Positions 41,615 through 51,784 of a stretch of DNA of 64,000 nucleotides are shown piece by piece; within the stretch, counting starts at the first letter, position 1; each line of letters opens with the position of its first letter. A model generated the notes under the pieces. That model had not been told where the DNA came from and made no database searches. It saw only the letters and a program-made list of their open reading frames with translations. The DNA is taken from assembly GCA_963805975.1 (NCBI GenBank), contig CAWDVR010000001.1:1-64000 (forward strand), written 5' to 3'. The stretch is from an uncultured Acidobacteriota bacterium (GTDB taxonomy: Bacteria > Acidobacteriota > Thermoanaerobaculia > Multivoradales > SZUA-115). Position numbers and translations under genes: made by a program.

Positions 41615-42637
41615 TCAGGAGCGCCGGTGCAGCACGAAGTCCGGCGCGTATTCGAGCGCCTCGCGGGCCGGTGAGGGCGGGAAGAACTCGAGCTCGCGCC
41701 GCGCGGTCTCCGCGTGTCCCCTGGCGATCTCCTCGGCTTCTTCGAGCGTGCCCTCGGCACGCACCAGCGAGAGCACGTCGTGCGGCCCGACGCGATCGAA
41801 GCCGCGGTCCTCGAGCACCCACTCGATGGTGCGGCGGCGCGCCGGATCGAGCCGCGGCAGCAGCAGCAGCAGCGGCAGCGTGAGCTTGCCTTCCTTGAGG
41901 TCCGAGAGCGCCGGCTTGCCGAGCTCCGATTCGCGGGCGGTGAAGTCCAGCAGGTCGTCGACCACCTGGAAGCAGAGCCCGAGCTGCCGGCCATAGCGCT
42001 CGAGCACCGCGCCCGCCTCGGGCCGCGCCGGGGCGATCAGGCTGGGCAGCGAGCACGCGGCGCCGAACAGGCGGGCCGTCTTGCGGTCGATGATCTCGAA
42101 GTACTCCTCGATGGTGAGGTCCGGTGCGCCGAGCCGCTCGAGCACCAGGAGCTCGCCCTCGGTCATGCCGAGGGTGGCACCGCACAGGCGGCGGATCACC
42201 TCCACCCGCCCGTGGGCGAGCGCCATCTGCATGCTGGTGGTGTAGAGCCAGTCCCCCAGCAGCACGGTGCGGTGGTTGTCGTAGAGCTGGTGCAGGCTCG
42301 GCCGGCCGCGGCGCAGGGGCGCAAAGTCGATGATGTCGTCGTGGATCAGCGTCGCGGTGTGGATGAACTCGATCACCGCCGCATAGGTGACCTCTTCCTC
42401 TCCGTCGTGGCCCAGGAGCTGCGATGCCAGGAGCAGCAGGGCCGGCCGCACCCGCTTGCCGCCGCCCTCGCCGATGTAGCGGCCGGCGTCGGCAACGAAC
42501 GGGACGTCCGAGGCGAGGTGCTTGCGGAACAGGTCTTCCGTCGCCGAGAGCTTGTCGGCCACCAGCTCCAGGAAGCGATAGGGCGAGACGGCCTCCGGCT
42601 GCGGCTCCCGGCTGGCGATGGGCGCGTTCTGGCTCAA
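41615..42637 (-). CDS. ispB: Polyprenyl diphosphate synthase
   Basis: GGKRVRP, IHTATLIHDDIID...RRG, FQVVDDLLD, DLKEGKLTLP. Confidence 0.92.
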   Translation of the reverse strand: MSQNAPIASREPQPEAVSPYRFLELVADKLSATEDLFRKHLASDVPFVADAGRYIGEGGGKRVRPALLLLASQLLGHDGEEEVTYAAVIEFIHTATLIHDDIIDFAPLRRGRPSLHQLYDNHRTVLLGDWLYTTSMQMALAHGRVEVIRRLCGATLGMTEGELLVLERLGAPDLTIEEYFEIIDRKTARLFGAACSLPSLIAPARPEAGAVLERYGRQLGLCFQVVDDLLDFTARESELGKPALSDLKEGKLTLPLLLLLPRLDPARRRTIEWVLEDRGFDRVGPHDVLSLVRAEGTLEEAEEIARGHAETARRELEFFPPSPAREALEYAPDFVLHRRS

Positions 42638-42665
42638 GTTGGAGGGCCTCTCCGCGGTCGTGGAA

Positions 42666-43349
42666 CTAGAAAGCCTTCACGGGATCGAAAGTATCGGTCT
42701 TGTCGAGGCGTCCGTCGCGAAAGCGGAGAACCTTGCCGGCCTCGAAGTACCACCAGGCGACCTCGTAGTGGCCGGGAAGCTCGACGCGCTCCACCTTGTC
42801 GGGCTCGCCCATCTGTTGGTGCGCGGAACGCTCGTCCTCGGTGCGAATGGTCGCGAGGAAGGCGCGCAGATTGTTCACGTAGGCGTGATCGTCCACCACC
42901 ACGGCGGAGACCACCGGCGTGCCGCGCTTGATCTTCTGGCTGATGTCGATGCGTTCGAGCACCTTCAGCCGCTCGCCGTCCGGGCGGCGGATCGGCACCC
43001 CCACCAGCAGCTCGAAGTTGTTGTAGAAGCGGTTCCACGGCCACTCGAGCGTGTACTCGCCGCGCTCGTTGGTGACGCCCAGCAGGCGGGTGGTGTCCTT
43101 CTTGGTCTTGCCGAGCTGGCGGAAGCTGAAGCCGCCGCGGGACGCCTCGACCACGACGTGCAGATTGGCCATCGGATGGCCGGCCGGGTCGGTGACCAGG
43201 CCGGTGAGCTGGATGCGCTGGCCCTCGTCGTAGCCGGCCTCGGCCGGCCCGGCAAAGAATGCCAGGCCCACGACGAGGAGCGCCAGGAGACGGCGGACAG
43301 GGGCCGGCAAGGGCGGGCTCGGATCGGTGTCTGAAGAGTTGGTCGGCAT
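42666..43349 (-). CDS. Secreted hypothetical protein with a carboxypeptidase-regulatory-like N-terminal domain
   Basis: Signal peptide; LTGLVTDPAGHP...TNERGEY; C-terminal MGEPDKV...WWY. Confidence 0.6.
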   Translation of the reverse strand: MPTNSSDTDPSPPLPAPVRRLLALLVVGLAFFAGPAEAGYDEGQRIQLTGLVTDPAGHPMANLHVVVEASRGGFSFRQLGKTKKDTTRLLGVTNERGEYTLEWPWNRFYNNFELLVGVPIRRPDGERLKVLERIDISQKIKRGTPVVSAVVVDDHAYVNNLRAFLATIRTEDERSAHQQMGEPDKVERVELPGHYEVAWWYFEAGKVLRFRDGRLDKTDTFDPVKAF

Positions 43350-43379
43350 GCGGGCTCCGAAGGCGAAGCCATTATACCT

Positions 43380-44057
43380 TCAGGGCTTATCGCTCTCCTG
43401 CCAGTCGATCCCCGGCGGTGGGGCAAAGAGGTCGGTCTCGGTCAGCGGGCTGTAGGTCTGGAGGACGAAACGGGTGAGGTTTCCCTCGCCGTCCGTGTAC
43501 TCCAGGCCGGTGACCACCCCCGCCCCCGGGTCGAGCGTCAGGATGGCCTCCTTCACCTCCTCCATGGGCTGGAGAGGCACCAGGTGGATGCGGAGCTGGC
43601 CGCCCGCGGCCTCCTCGGCCGTGGCGCGGTAGCGGCCCTTCAGATTCTCGGTGCCGAGGAGCAGCAGATCGAGGCCCGGCTCGTTCCGGCTGTCGATGAG
43701 CTGGCGGTGGCCGGTCTTGTCCTCGCTGTTCCAGTAGTGGGCCACCGTGCCGCAGACCAGGAAGCTCTTGGGATAGGGCTCGCCGTAGTCCCAGCGCAGG
43801 CAGTCCGGGAGCGACAGGGCCAGGCGGCCGCTCTCCCGCTCGCCCTGGGTGAAGCCGGCGGGAACGTAGAGGTGCTCGAACTGGGCCACGCGCGGCCCCG
43901 AGGCCGCCAGGCGCCCGCGGACCTTCTCGAGCGCGGCCCAGGGATCGGCCCCGGCGGGGCTCGCCGCGCGAGACACGGCGGCAGTCAGGACCAGGCAGGA
44001 GAGAGCGAGGACGGCGGCGAGGCGTGGGGCAGAGAATCGAAATCGGGGTCGTTTCAC
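43380..44057 (-). CDS. lolA: Outer-membrane lipoprotein carrier, LolA-like
   Basis: Signal peptide; ESGRLAL..P..LRWDY..PYPK; D..GNLTRF; LFAPPPG. Confidence 0.75.
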   Translation of the reverse strand: MKRPRFRFSAPRLAAVLALSCLVLTAAVSRAASPAGADPWAALEKVRGRLAASGPRVAQFEHLYVPAGFTQGERESGRLALSLPDCLRWDYGEPYPKSFLVCGTVAHYWNSEDKTGHRQLIDSRNEPGLDLLLLGTENLKGRYRATAEEAAGGQLRIHLVPLQPMEEVKEAILTLDPGAGVVTGLEYTDGEGNLTRFVLQTYSPLTETDLFAPPPGIDWQESDKP

Positions 44058-44100
44058 GGTTGGATCTCCAGGCGAGGGGTGCCCCGTCCATGTCGCCGCG

Positions 44101-45654
44101 TTAGTGACGGAAGTGCCGCTGTCCGGTGAAGAGCATGGCGATGCCGTGCCCGTTGGCGGCGGTGATCAGCTCGTCGTCCCGCTTGCTTCCTCCCGGTTGG
44201 ACCACCGCCCTGATGCCGGCCTCGGCCAGCGCGTCGAGACCGTCGCGGAAGGGGAAGAACGCGTCCGAGGCGGCGACCGCCCCGGCCACTGAGGATCTGG
44301 CTTTGCGCACTGCCAGGTGGCAGGAGTCGACCCGGCTCATCTGGCCGGCGCCGATGCCGAGGGTCGCGTCGCCGCGGGCGAGGACGATGGCGTTCGACTT
44401 GACGTAGCGGGCCACCTTCCACGCCAGCTCCAGGGCACGCCGCTCCTCGGCGGTAGGCGAGCGCTCGGTGACCGAGGTCCATCGCGTCGCGTCCTCGGCG
44501 TAGCCGTCCGGCGCCTGGGCCAGGAACCCGCCGTCGATACCCCGCAGCTCGATCTCGTCCGCCCCCGGCCGGTAGGGAGGGCAGGCGAGGAGCCGCAGGT
44601 TGGCCTTCCTTCCGAAGCGCTCCCGCGCTCCGGGCTCGAAGTCGGGGGCCACGATCACCTCGACGAAGAGGTCGGCCATCGCCTCGGCGAGCTCTGCCGT
44701 GGCCGGCCGGTTGAGCGCCACGATCGACCCGAAGGCCGACACCGGGTCGCAGTCGAAAGCCAGCCGGTAGGCGGCGACGAGATCGGCGCCACGGCCCACG
44801 CCGCAGGGGTTGTTGTGCTTGATGATGGCGACCGCGGGCTCGTCGAGGAGCGCCGCCAGCTTGCGGGCGGCGTCCGCGTCGAGGAGGTTGTTGTAGGAGA
44901 GCTCTTTGCCCTGGAGCTGCCTCAGGCCGCCCAGCGCCCCCTTCCCTCCGGTGATCCCGTAGACGGCGGCGTCCTGGTGAGGGTTCTCGCCGTAGCGCGG
45001 CAGCAGCACGCGCTCGAGCGGCAGCGCCAGGCGCTCCGGAAAGCGCTCCCGGGATGGGCGGGCCTGGGCCTCGATCCAGGCCGTGATCGCCGCATCGTAG
45101 TCGCGCGTGTGGGAGAAGGCCTTCGCGGCCAGGGCCCGGCGGAGCACCTCCGGCACCGGGCCGCCGCCCTCGGCCCGGAGATGCCCGAGCACGGCCTCGT
45201 AGTCCTCCGGGTCCACCACCACCACCACTCCGCGATGGTTCTTGGCCGCGGCGCGTACCATGGCCGGGCCGCCGACGTCGATCATCTCGACGACCTCGTC
45301 GAACGACGCGCCGTCCCGGGACGCCGTCTCGCGGAAGGGATAGAGGTTCACCGCCACCAGGTCGATCGGCGCGATGCCGTGCGCCTCGAGCTCCGCAAGA
45401 TGAGCGGGAACGGCGCGGTCCGCCAGGATCCCACCGTGGATGCGCGGATGGAGCGTCTTGACCCGGCCGTCCAGGATCTCGGGAAAGCCGGTGATCTCCG
45501 AGACCTTGGTGACGGCAACCCCGGCCTCCACCAGGTGGTTGTAGGTGCCTCCGGTCGACAGCACTTCGATCCCGAGGTCGACCAGGCCACGGGCAAAGGA
45601 GGCGAGGTCGCGTTTGTCGGAGACGGAGAGCAGAGCACGGCGGACTGGCATCAT
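44101..45654 (-). CDS. purH: Bifunctional AICAR transformylase / IMP cyclohydrolase
   Basis: [48 protein letters not shown]. Confidence 0.97.
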   Translation of the reverse strand: MMPVRRALLSVSDKRDLASFARGLVDLGIEVLSTGGTYNHLVEAGVAVTKVSEITGFPEILDGRVKTLHPRIHGGILADRAVPAHLAELEAHGIAPIDLVAVNLYPFRETASRDGASFDEVVEMIDVGGPAMVRAAAKNHRGVVVVVDPEDYEAVLGHLRAEGGGPVPEVLRRALAAKAFSHTRDYDAAITAWIEAQARPSRERFPERLALPLERVLLPRYGENPHQDAAVYGITGGKGALGGLRQLQGKELSYNNLLDADAARKLAALLDEPAVAIIKHNNPCGVGRGADLVAAYRLAFDCDPVSAFGSIVALNRPATAELAEAMADLFVEVIVAPDFEPGARERFGRKANLRLLACPPYRPGADEIELRGIDGGFLAQAPDGYAEDATRWTSVTERSPTAEERRALELAWKVARYVKSNAIVLARGDATLGIGAGQMSRVDSCHLAVRKARSSVAGAVAASDAFFPFRDGLDALAEAGIRAVVQPGGSKRDDELITAANGHGIAMLFTGQRHFRH

Positions 45655-45689
45655 GAGCGGCAGTTTTCCTGAGCAGAGGAGGAAAGACG

Positions 45690-46487
45690 TTAGCGGCTGG
45701 GTGTGGCGCGCGGCAGGACGACCAGATGCTGGCCGGCCAGGGGTAGGCCTCGGCGCGGGTCCGCCCCGCCTGCCCGCAGCCAGATGTAGCGGAACACCTG
45801 CGCCACGTCCGTCACCGCGTGGCTGAAGGCGAGAGAGGACACGCCGAAGGCCGTGGAGCGGTCGTCGAAGACCCGTTTTCCGGCCGCGAAGTCGACCCGC
45901 CGGTACTCGCGGCCGATCATCGGGTAGTACCCGCGGCTGCGGGCGAGAGTGCGGCGCACCACGGGCGAAACGTCCGCCGCCCGGTCGAGGCCCGGTTCCA
46001 GGCCGAAAAAGGTCAGCGGAAAGCGGGGCAGAGCGGAATCGACGTACTGGAGGTAGTCGCGAAAGTAGCGCCCTTCCTGGCTGTCCCCGGTCGAGGTGTT
46101 GAGCGGGTTGTTGGCATCGGCGACGTAGTGCGACACCACGCCGAGCCGCTGCACGATCTCCGCGAACGGTTGGTGCCCGCGGATCGCCACGATCACCGCT
46201 TCGACGTGCGAGGTGATCGTGCGGCCGAGCGTGCCGCTGCCGTCACCGTTCTCCATGTGCGCCTCGCCGTCGGTATCCGAGAACGGCGCGACCACTCCCG
46301 CCCTGAGCTGCCGCTTGTGACGGAAGATCTGTCGGGCCAGATCCTTCGGCGCCAGAGCGGCCGCCTCCTCGGCGATCACCGTCTGGGTCGAGGGCGACCA
46401 GCCTCCCGCCGGAGCGGCGGCCAGCGTAAGGAGGAAGAGGAACGACCTCAGCAGCCAGATTCGTGAGCGCTGGGAAGGTCTCTCCAT
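45690..46487 (-). CDS. Secreted protein resembling the Zn-phospholipase C / S1-P1 nuclease fold
   Basis: Signal peptide followed by N-terminal W; LGVVSHYVADANNPL resembles HxxxDxxxPLH, with His replaced by Asn. Confidence 0.5.
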   Translation of the reverse strand: MERPSQRSRIWLLRSFLFLLTLAAAPAGGWSPSTQTVIAEEAAALAPKDLARQIFRHKRQLRAGVVAPFSDTDGEAHMENGDGSGTLGRTITSHVEAVIVAIRGHQPFAEIVQRLGVVSHYVADANNPLNTSTGDSQEGRYFRDYLQYVDSALPRFPLTFFGLEPGLDRAADVSPVVRRTLARSRGYYPMIGREYRRVDFAAGKRVFDDRSTAFGVSSLAFSHAVTDVAQVFRYIWLRAGGADPRRGLPLAGQHLVVLPRATPSR

Positions 46488-46555
46488 CCGGCGTATTCTA
46501 CAGGTCGCCGCTCGACCGAACGTTTCGCACGGCCGACGCTTCCGCCGGAGGCCCG

Positions 46556-46828
46556 ATGAGCAGCCCCAGAAAGCTCGACACGCTCGGCCAGGTCTGCCCG
46601 CTTCCGATCCTCCTCACTGCGAAAGCCCTGAAGGAGCTGCAGGTGGGGGACCTGCTCGAAGTGGTGGGCGACGACCCGGCGATCGCCGACGACATGCCGA
46701 TCTTCTGCTTCCGCGCCGGACACCGCCTGCTGAAGCTCGACGAAGAGGAGACCGGGCTCGTCCGCTGCACGATCGAGAAAGGAAGGACTGAACGCCCACC
46801 GATCGCCGGCAGCGTGCCGCAGCCTTGA
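46556..46828 (+). CDS. tusA: Sulfur carrier, TusA/SirA family
   Basis: LDTLGQVCPLP, GDLLEVVGDDP. Confidence 0.88.
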   Translation: MSSPRKLDTLGQVCPLPILLTAKALKELQVGDLLEVVGDDPAIADDMPIFCFRAGHRLLKLDEEETGLVRCTIEKGRTERPPIAGSVPQP

Positions 46829-46893
46829 CGGCCGCCCATCCCGCTGCCAGAATCCGCCCTTCGGCGCCAGCCGCCGCGCATCCGCATCACCTT

Positions 46894-46969
46894 GCCCAGG
46901 TAGCTCAGTTGGTAGAGCACGTGACTGAAAATCACGGTGTCGCTGGTTCGATTCCGGCCCTGGGCACCA
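46894..46969 (+). tRNA. tRNA-Phe (GAA)
   Basis: GCCCAGG acceptor stem; anticodon arm CGTGA-CTGAAAA-TCACG; GGTTCGATTCC; CCA. Confidence 0.96.
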
Positions 46970-47122
46970 TCTAAACACAAGAAAAATAAGATAGTTAGGG
47001 CGGCGAGGCGAAACGCCTTGCACGCTCAGTTGTCGCTCTGGGTTCCGTTTGGGTCCCAGCTCAACAGCAGTGGCGCCAACCTCGGGTGGGCGAGGAGCAG
47101 CTGACCGCGATGACGGCTGGCC

Positions 47123-47788
47123 TCAACCGGGCCCTTCCTCCTGCGCTTCATCGCTCACCGAGGTCACCGTCTTGCTGTCCTCGATGGTCACGCGAGTTCC
47201 GTAGAGCTGGGCCACGGGAGTACCGACCGCGTCGCCCTCACCGTCCTGGAGAAAGAAGTCGATGCTTCCCGTCGTCGCCTTATAGACCGAGCCGACCTCG
47301 GGCCAGGCGTTGATGTCGGCCTCGAGGACGATGGGATCACGATTGACCAGGGTCATGCCCATCGCGGAGATCTGGAGAAAGAGCCGGACCCGGCTGTGGA
47401 CTGGAAAAACGGCGTCGTCCGTCGTCGTGACATGGAGGCCATGAATGGGCAGGGCCGGGTTCTTCGAGATCACGACCGTGCCGATGGTGGGGTCGTTGAA
47501 GGTGCCCTGCAGAAACGCGAAGGAGTTGGTGAACTCCCATCGGTCGAGCGAGCCGTTGAAGACGGCGCTCTCCGCCTGGCACTGGGCGTGCGCCTTGACG
47601 CGGTCGGACAGGGGAATCGGAGTCCCGACGCCGGACAGCACCAGGTTGGTCTCCACCGTCGCGTCGATCTCGGTCGCCGTGCCACCCGCAGGGAGCGGAT
47701 CGTTGACCGCCGCCCCGCCCGGGAGCGTCATGGCGAGCAGGAAGGCCGTCGAGCCGAAACCCCCCAACTTCCGTAGGACTCTGTTCAT
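47123..47788 (-). CDS. Secreted beta-rich hypothetical protein
   Basis: GAGGAGG RBS, ATG at 47788, signal peptide; FPVHSRVRLFLQI...TLVNRDPIVLEA. Confidence 0.65.
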   Translation of the reverse strand: MNRVLRKLGGFGSTAFLLAMTLPGGAAVNDPLPAGGTATEIDATVETNLVLSGVGTPIPLSDRVKAHAQCQAESAVFNGSLDRWEFTNSFAFLQGTFNDPTIGTVVISKNPALPIHGLHVTTTDDAVFPVHSRVRLFLQISAMGMTLVNRDPIVLEADINAWPEVGSVYKATTGSIDFFLQDGEGDAVGTPVAQLYGTRVTIEDSKTVTSVSDEAQEEGPG

Positions 47789-48003
47789 GCGCGGATCCTC
47801 CTCATCGCGACGCTGGAGGCAGACCAGCGACGTGCAACCAAGCTGACCTTGTCTTGATGTACTTGAATGCTCTCGATCGACCGATTCGGGACACCGCCGG
47901 GAGTCTCGAAGCATCCGCTTCGCCTGCCGCTCTCTCCGTGCTCTGCCAGGCAACGTCGTCTATCCTGTTCTCGGCCCCCGCGCACCGTCCAGGAGGACAT
48001 TCC

Positions 48004-50754
48004 ATGCAGACCGCCCTCTGGCTACTCGTCGCCCTGCTGCTCGCCCTCCCCTTGCGCGCCACGATCGCGCCGGAGCCGATCCCTCCGGACCTGGCCGACT
48101 TGACGCAACAGATCGAACGCTTCCCCCAGGACACGGCCGGGACCGAGAGCGAGCGCCTGGCCAAGTTCTTCGACCTCTACTGGGCGGCGAGCATGCGCGA
48201 GGCCCCCGCCTTCGCGGCGTACATCGGCTACCGGGGCGTCGACGACCGCTTGCCGGACCTCTCGCCGGAGACGCACGCGCACTCCCGCCGCCTCCTGCAC
48301 CTCGAGCTCGCGGCCCTCGCCTCGATCGACCGCTCGCGGCTCACGCCCGCCGAGCAGCAGAGCTACGACCTCTTGCTCCGGAGCTTCGAGGAGGCAATCG
48401 AGGGCGAGCGGTTTCCCGGTGAATACCTCCTGGTCGACCGCATGGGCAACCGCCTGACCCAGGCGCTCGGTCTTCTCTACTACATGCCCACCGGCACGGT
48501 AGGGGACTACGAGAACATGCTCACCCGGCTGCGCGGCTTTCCCCGGCTGGTGGAGCAAGGCATCGCCCTGCTCGAGGAGGGCGTGAAGCGCGGCGTCACC
48601 CCGCCCAGGGTGACCCTCGACGGGGTCGCCGCCCAGGTGCTCGCGCCGCTGGCCAACGACCCCCTGGAGAGCCCGACGCTGGAGCCGTTCCAGCGCATGC
48701 CCGACACCATTCCGGCGGCCGAGCGGGAGCGCCTGCGCGGCGCCGCGGCGGAGGTCTTCCGGCAGCAGGTGGCGCCGGCCCTCTCCCGCCTCCACGACTA
48801 CCTCGCGGACAGCTACGTGCCCCGGGCAAGGGAGTCGATCTCGGTCGCCGCGCTGCCGGACGGGGAGGCCTACTACGCCTACCTGCTGCGCGCCTACACG
48901 ACGACCGACCTCAGCCCCGACCAGATCCACCAGCTCGGCCTCTCCGAGGTGGCGCGGATCCGCAAGGAGATGGACGAGGTGGTCGCGGCCACCGGCTTCC
49001 AGGGGACCTTTCAGGAGTTCTTGGAGCACCTGCGCACCGATCCGCGGTTCTTCTACGACCGGCCCGAGGACCTGGTCGCCGGCTACCGCGACATCGTCAA
49101 GCGCATCGATCCGGAGCTGCCCAGGCTGTTCGGCCGCCTGCCGCGCCTGCCCTACGGCGTCAAGCCGATGGGTGACGACGACGCGAAGTTGGCGCCCTCG
49201 GCCCTCTACGAGAACGGCTCGCTCGCCGCGGGGCGTCCGGGCTGGATGCGGGTCAACACGTTCGACCTCCGGGCGCGGCCCAAGTGGGCGATGGAGAGCC
49301 TGGCGGCCCACGAAGCGGTGCCGGGGCACCACCTCCAGTACGCTCTCGTCGAGGAGCTCGGCGCGCTGCCCGAGTGGCGGCGCTGGGACATCTACCCGGT
49401 GTTCTCGGAAGGGTGGGGGCTCTATGCCGAGAGCCTCGGCGGCGAGCTCGGGCTCTACCGCGACCCCTACTCGAAGTTCGGCCAGCTCAACGCCGAGATG
49501 TGGCGGGCCATCCGGCTCGTGGTGGACACCGGCCTGCATGCGAAGGGATGGACCCGCCAGCAGACGATCGACTACTGCCGCGCCAACTCGGCCAGGACCG
49601 ACCGCGAGATCGCCAACGAGGTCGACCGCTACATCGTGCAACCGGGAGGGGTGACCTGCTACAAGATCGGCGAGCTCAAGATCCGCGAGCTGCGCCGCTA
49701 CGCGGAAAAGGAGCTGGGAGCGACCTTCGACGTGCGCGCCTTCCACGACCGGGTCCTGGGCCACGGCCAGCTGCCGCTCGATCTCCTGCAGAAGAGCATC
49801 GAGGCGTGGGTGGCGGCGTCGCGACCGGAGCGAGGCCCAGTGGAAGGACGCCTGGCTGCCGGGGAGATCGCTCCCGGCGTCCACCTGCTGCCCGGCAGCT
49901 TCGTGGCCGGAAGCCAGCCGGACGGCAATACCGTCGTCTTCCGGGGCCCGGACGGGCTGGTGGTGGTGGACACCGGCCGCCACGCCGAGCACACCCAGGC
50001 CATCGTGGACTTCGCCAAGGCCGCGGGGGTGCCGGTCCGGACGATCGTCAACACCCATTGGCACCTGGACCACATCGGCGGCAACCCCCGCCTCCGGCGC
50101 GAGTTCCCCGGCTTGAAGGTCCATGCCAGCCAGGCGCTCGAAGGCGCCATGAAAGGCTTCCTCGCGAGCTACCGCACCTACCTCGAAGAGACGATCGCCA
50201 AGGCCCCGGACGCGGAGGCCGCCAAGCCGCTGCGTGCCGAGCTGGCGATCCTCGACGCCGGTTCGGCCCTCGCCCCGGACGAGGTCGTCACCACCTCGGG
50301 AGCGCGCACCCTCGCGGGCCGCAGGCTGGTCCTGGAGCTCGAGAGCCGCGCGGTGACGGAAGGCGACGTCTGGGTGCTCGATCCCGAGGCCCGCGTGCTG
50401 GCAGCGGGAGATCTGGTGACCTTGCCCGCGCCGTTCTTCGATACCGCGTGTCCGGCGCGGTGGAAGGCAGCTCTCGAGCACCTCTCGAAAGCCGACTTCG
50501 AGCTGCTCGTCCCGGGCCATGGCGAGCCCATGCGGCGCCAGGACTTCGACGCCTACCGCCAGGCCTTCGACGGCCTCCTCGCGTGCGCGGCCTCGCCCAA
50601 GGCCCAGGACGAGTGCGTGGCAGGCTGGCTGCGCGACGCCGGCACCCTCGTGCCGGAGAAGGATCAGCCCCTGGCGCGCTCGCTGGTCGAGTACTACCTG
50701 GAGAACCACCTGCGGGCCGACCCGGCCAAGGTCGCGAAGCTCTGCACAGGCTGA
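48004..50754 (+). CDS. Secreted DUF885 domain fused to a metallo-beta-lactamase-fold domain
   Basis: AGGAGG RBS; signal peptide; AHEAVPGHHLQ, EGWGLYAE, RAIRLVVDTGLH; then VVDTG, THWHLDHIGG, VPGHG. Confidence 0.85.
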   Translation: MQTALWLLVALLLALPLRATIAPEPIPPDLADLTQQIERFPQDTAGTESERLAKFFDLYWAASMREAPAFAAYIGYRGVDDRLPDLSPETHAHSRRLLHLELAALASIDRSRLTPAEQQSYDLLLRSFEEAIEGERFPGEYLLVDRMGNRLTQALGLLYYMPTGTVGDYENMLTRLRGFPRLVEQGIALLEEGVKRGVTPPRVTLDGVAAQVLAPLANDPLESPTLEPFQRMPDTIPAAERERLRGAAAEVFRQQVAPALSRLHDYLADSYVPRARESISVAALPDGEAYYAYLLRAYTTTDLSPDQIHQLGLSEVARIRKEMDEVVAATGFQGTFQEFLEHLRTDPRFFYDRPEDLVAGYRDIVKRIDPELPRLFGRLPRLPYGVKPMGDDDAKLAPSALYENGSLAAGRPGWMRVNTFDLRARPKWAMESLAAHEAVPGHHLQYALVEELGALPEWRRWDIYPVFSEGWGLYAESLGGELGLYRDPYSKFGQLNAEMWRAIRLVVDTGLHAKGWTRQQTIDYCRANSARTDREIANEVDRYIVQPGGVTCYKIGELKIRELRRYAEKELGATFDVRAFHDRVLGHGQLPLDLLQKSIEAWVAASRPERGPVEGRLAAGEIAPGVHLLPGSFVAGSQPDGNTVVFRGPDGLVVVDTGRHAEHTQAIVDFAKAAGVPVRTIVNTHWHLDHIGGNPRLRREFPGLKVHASQALEGAMKGFLASYRTYLEETIAKAPDAEAAKPLRAELAILDAGSALAPDEVVTTSGARTLAGRRLVLELESRAVTEGDVWVLDPEARVLAAGDLVTLPAPFFDTACPARWKAALEHLSKADFELLVPGHGEPMRRQDFDAYRQAFDGLLACAASPKAQDECVAGWLRDAGTLVPEKDQPLARSLVEYYLENHLRADPAKVAKLCTG

Positions 50755-50779
50755 CGGTACTCGGTGACTGTGCCTTCCC

Positions 50780-51775
50780 CTACCACTTCGTCCCGGCCAG
50801 GAGACCTTCGAGGTCGACGGTGACGATCGCGGGCTCCGCGCCGGGCTCGTAGACCAGGCTCGCGCCGGAGCCGCTGCCGCTGGCGAGCGGTGCTCCGGGC
50901 GGGCGCGGGCGGATGAAGGAGACTACGGCCCGGCGGTCGAGGGCCGACCTCTCCGGAAGCAGTCGCAGCTCGGCCGAGCGCGGGCGGCCCTCGTCGTCCA
51001 GCTTCACGCGCAGCCCGAAGGCGGCGCGCTCGAAGCCTCCTCCCAGGGCGCGCACGTCCAGGCGATAGGTTCGCGGTCGGCGGTCGCGAAAGAGGGTCAC
51101 AGCCGAGTCGGCGCAGAAGCGCTCGGCGGCCGGTTCGTCGCAGATCCGGGCCCGCACCAGGCGCGCCAGGATCACCAGCACGCGGTGGTCCTCGGGCCCG
51201 AGCCGGCAGTCGGCCGGGCGCACCAGCGCACCGAAGCCCCAGCTCAGGGCGCTCGCCGCGGCGAGGTCCGGCCGGCCCGCGACGTTGCCCAGCCGGAGCG
51301 AGACCGGTGCCTCGGCTCCGCTACCCTCGGGAGGGGAAGTGACCGTGACGAAGACCCGTCGCGGGTGCCCGGCCGGCACCAGGTCCGTGCTCATCGGGTC
51401 GCGATGCAGGGCGAGGAAGGGCAGCGGCGGGCGGGCAGGGTTGCGCTGCAAGCGCCGCGCGCCGATCTCGGCCGTGAAGCCGAGCTGGGTCTCGGGCTCC
51501 GCCAGGACACCGTTGGGCCTCCAGTCGCTGAGCAGCGCCAGGCCCTGGTAGGAGCCGCAGTCGTCCCCGAGGGTGTACGTGATCTGCGCCACTCTCTGCG
51601 TGCCTGGGGTCTCGATCCGTGTTCGTGCGGCGAGGCCGGCCAGGTGCTGCCCGTCGGCGCGGACCTCTTCCGAGGAGAGGGACACCGGCCCCCCGAGGTG
51701 GCCGGCCAGGAGCAGAAAGGCGACGCCGGTCGTGAGGCTGGCGAAGAGCGCGACGGTGGTGGTCTGGTTGCGCAT
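50780..51775 (-). CDS. Hypothetical exported protein, downstream of opgC
   Basis: 331-aa ORF with an N-terminal hydrophobic segment, 9 bp after the opgC stop. Confidence 0.55.
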   Translation of the reverse strand: MRNQTTTVALFASLTTGVAFLLLAGHLGGPVSLSSEEVRADGQHLAGLAARTRIETPGTQRVAQITYTLGDDCGSYQGLALLSDWRPNGVLAEPETQLGFTAEIGARRLQRNPARPPLPFLALHRDPMSTDLVPAGHPRRVFVTVTSPPEGSGAEAPVSLRLGNVAGRPDLAAASALSWGFGALVRPADCRLGPEDHRVLVILARLVRARICDEPAAERFCADSAVTLFRDRRPRTYRLDVRALGGGFERAAFGLRVKLDDEGRPRSAELRLLPERSALDRRAVVSFIRPRPPGAPLASGSGSGASLVYEPGAEPAIVTVDLEGLLAGTKW

Positions 51776-51784
51776 CCGACGGCC

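Noticed and set aside
46970-47120. Intact prophage or ICE at tRNA-Phe
   Set aside because: No integrase, phage or conjugation genes, and no second att site seen.
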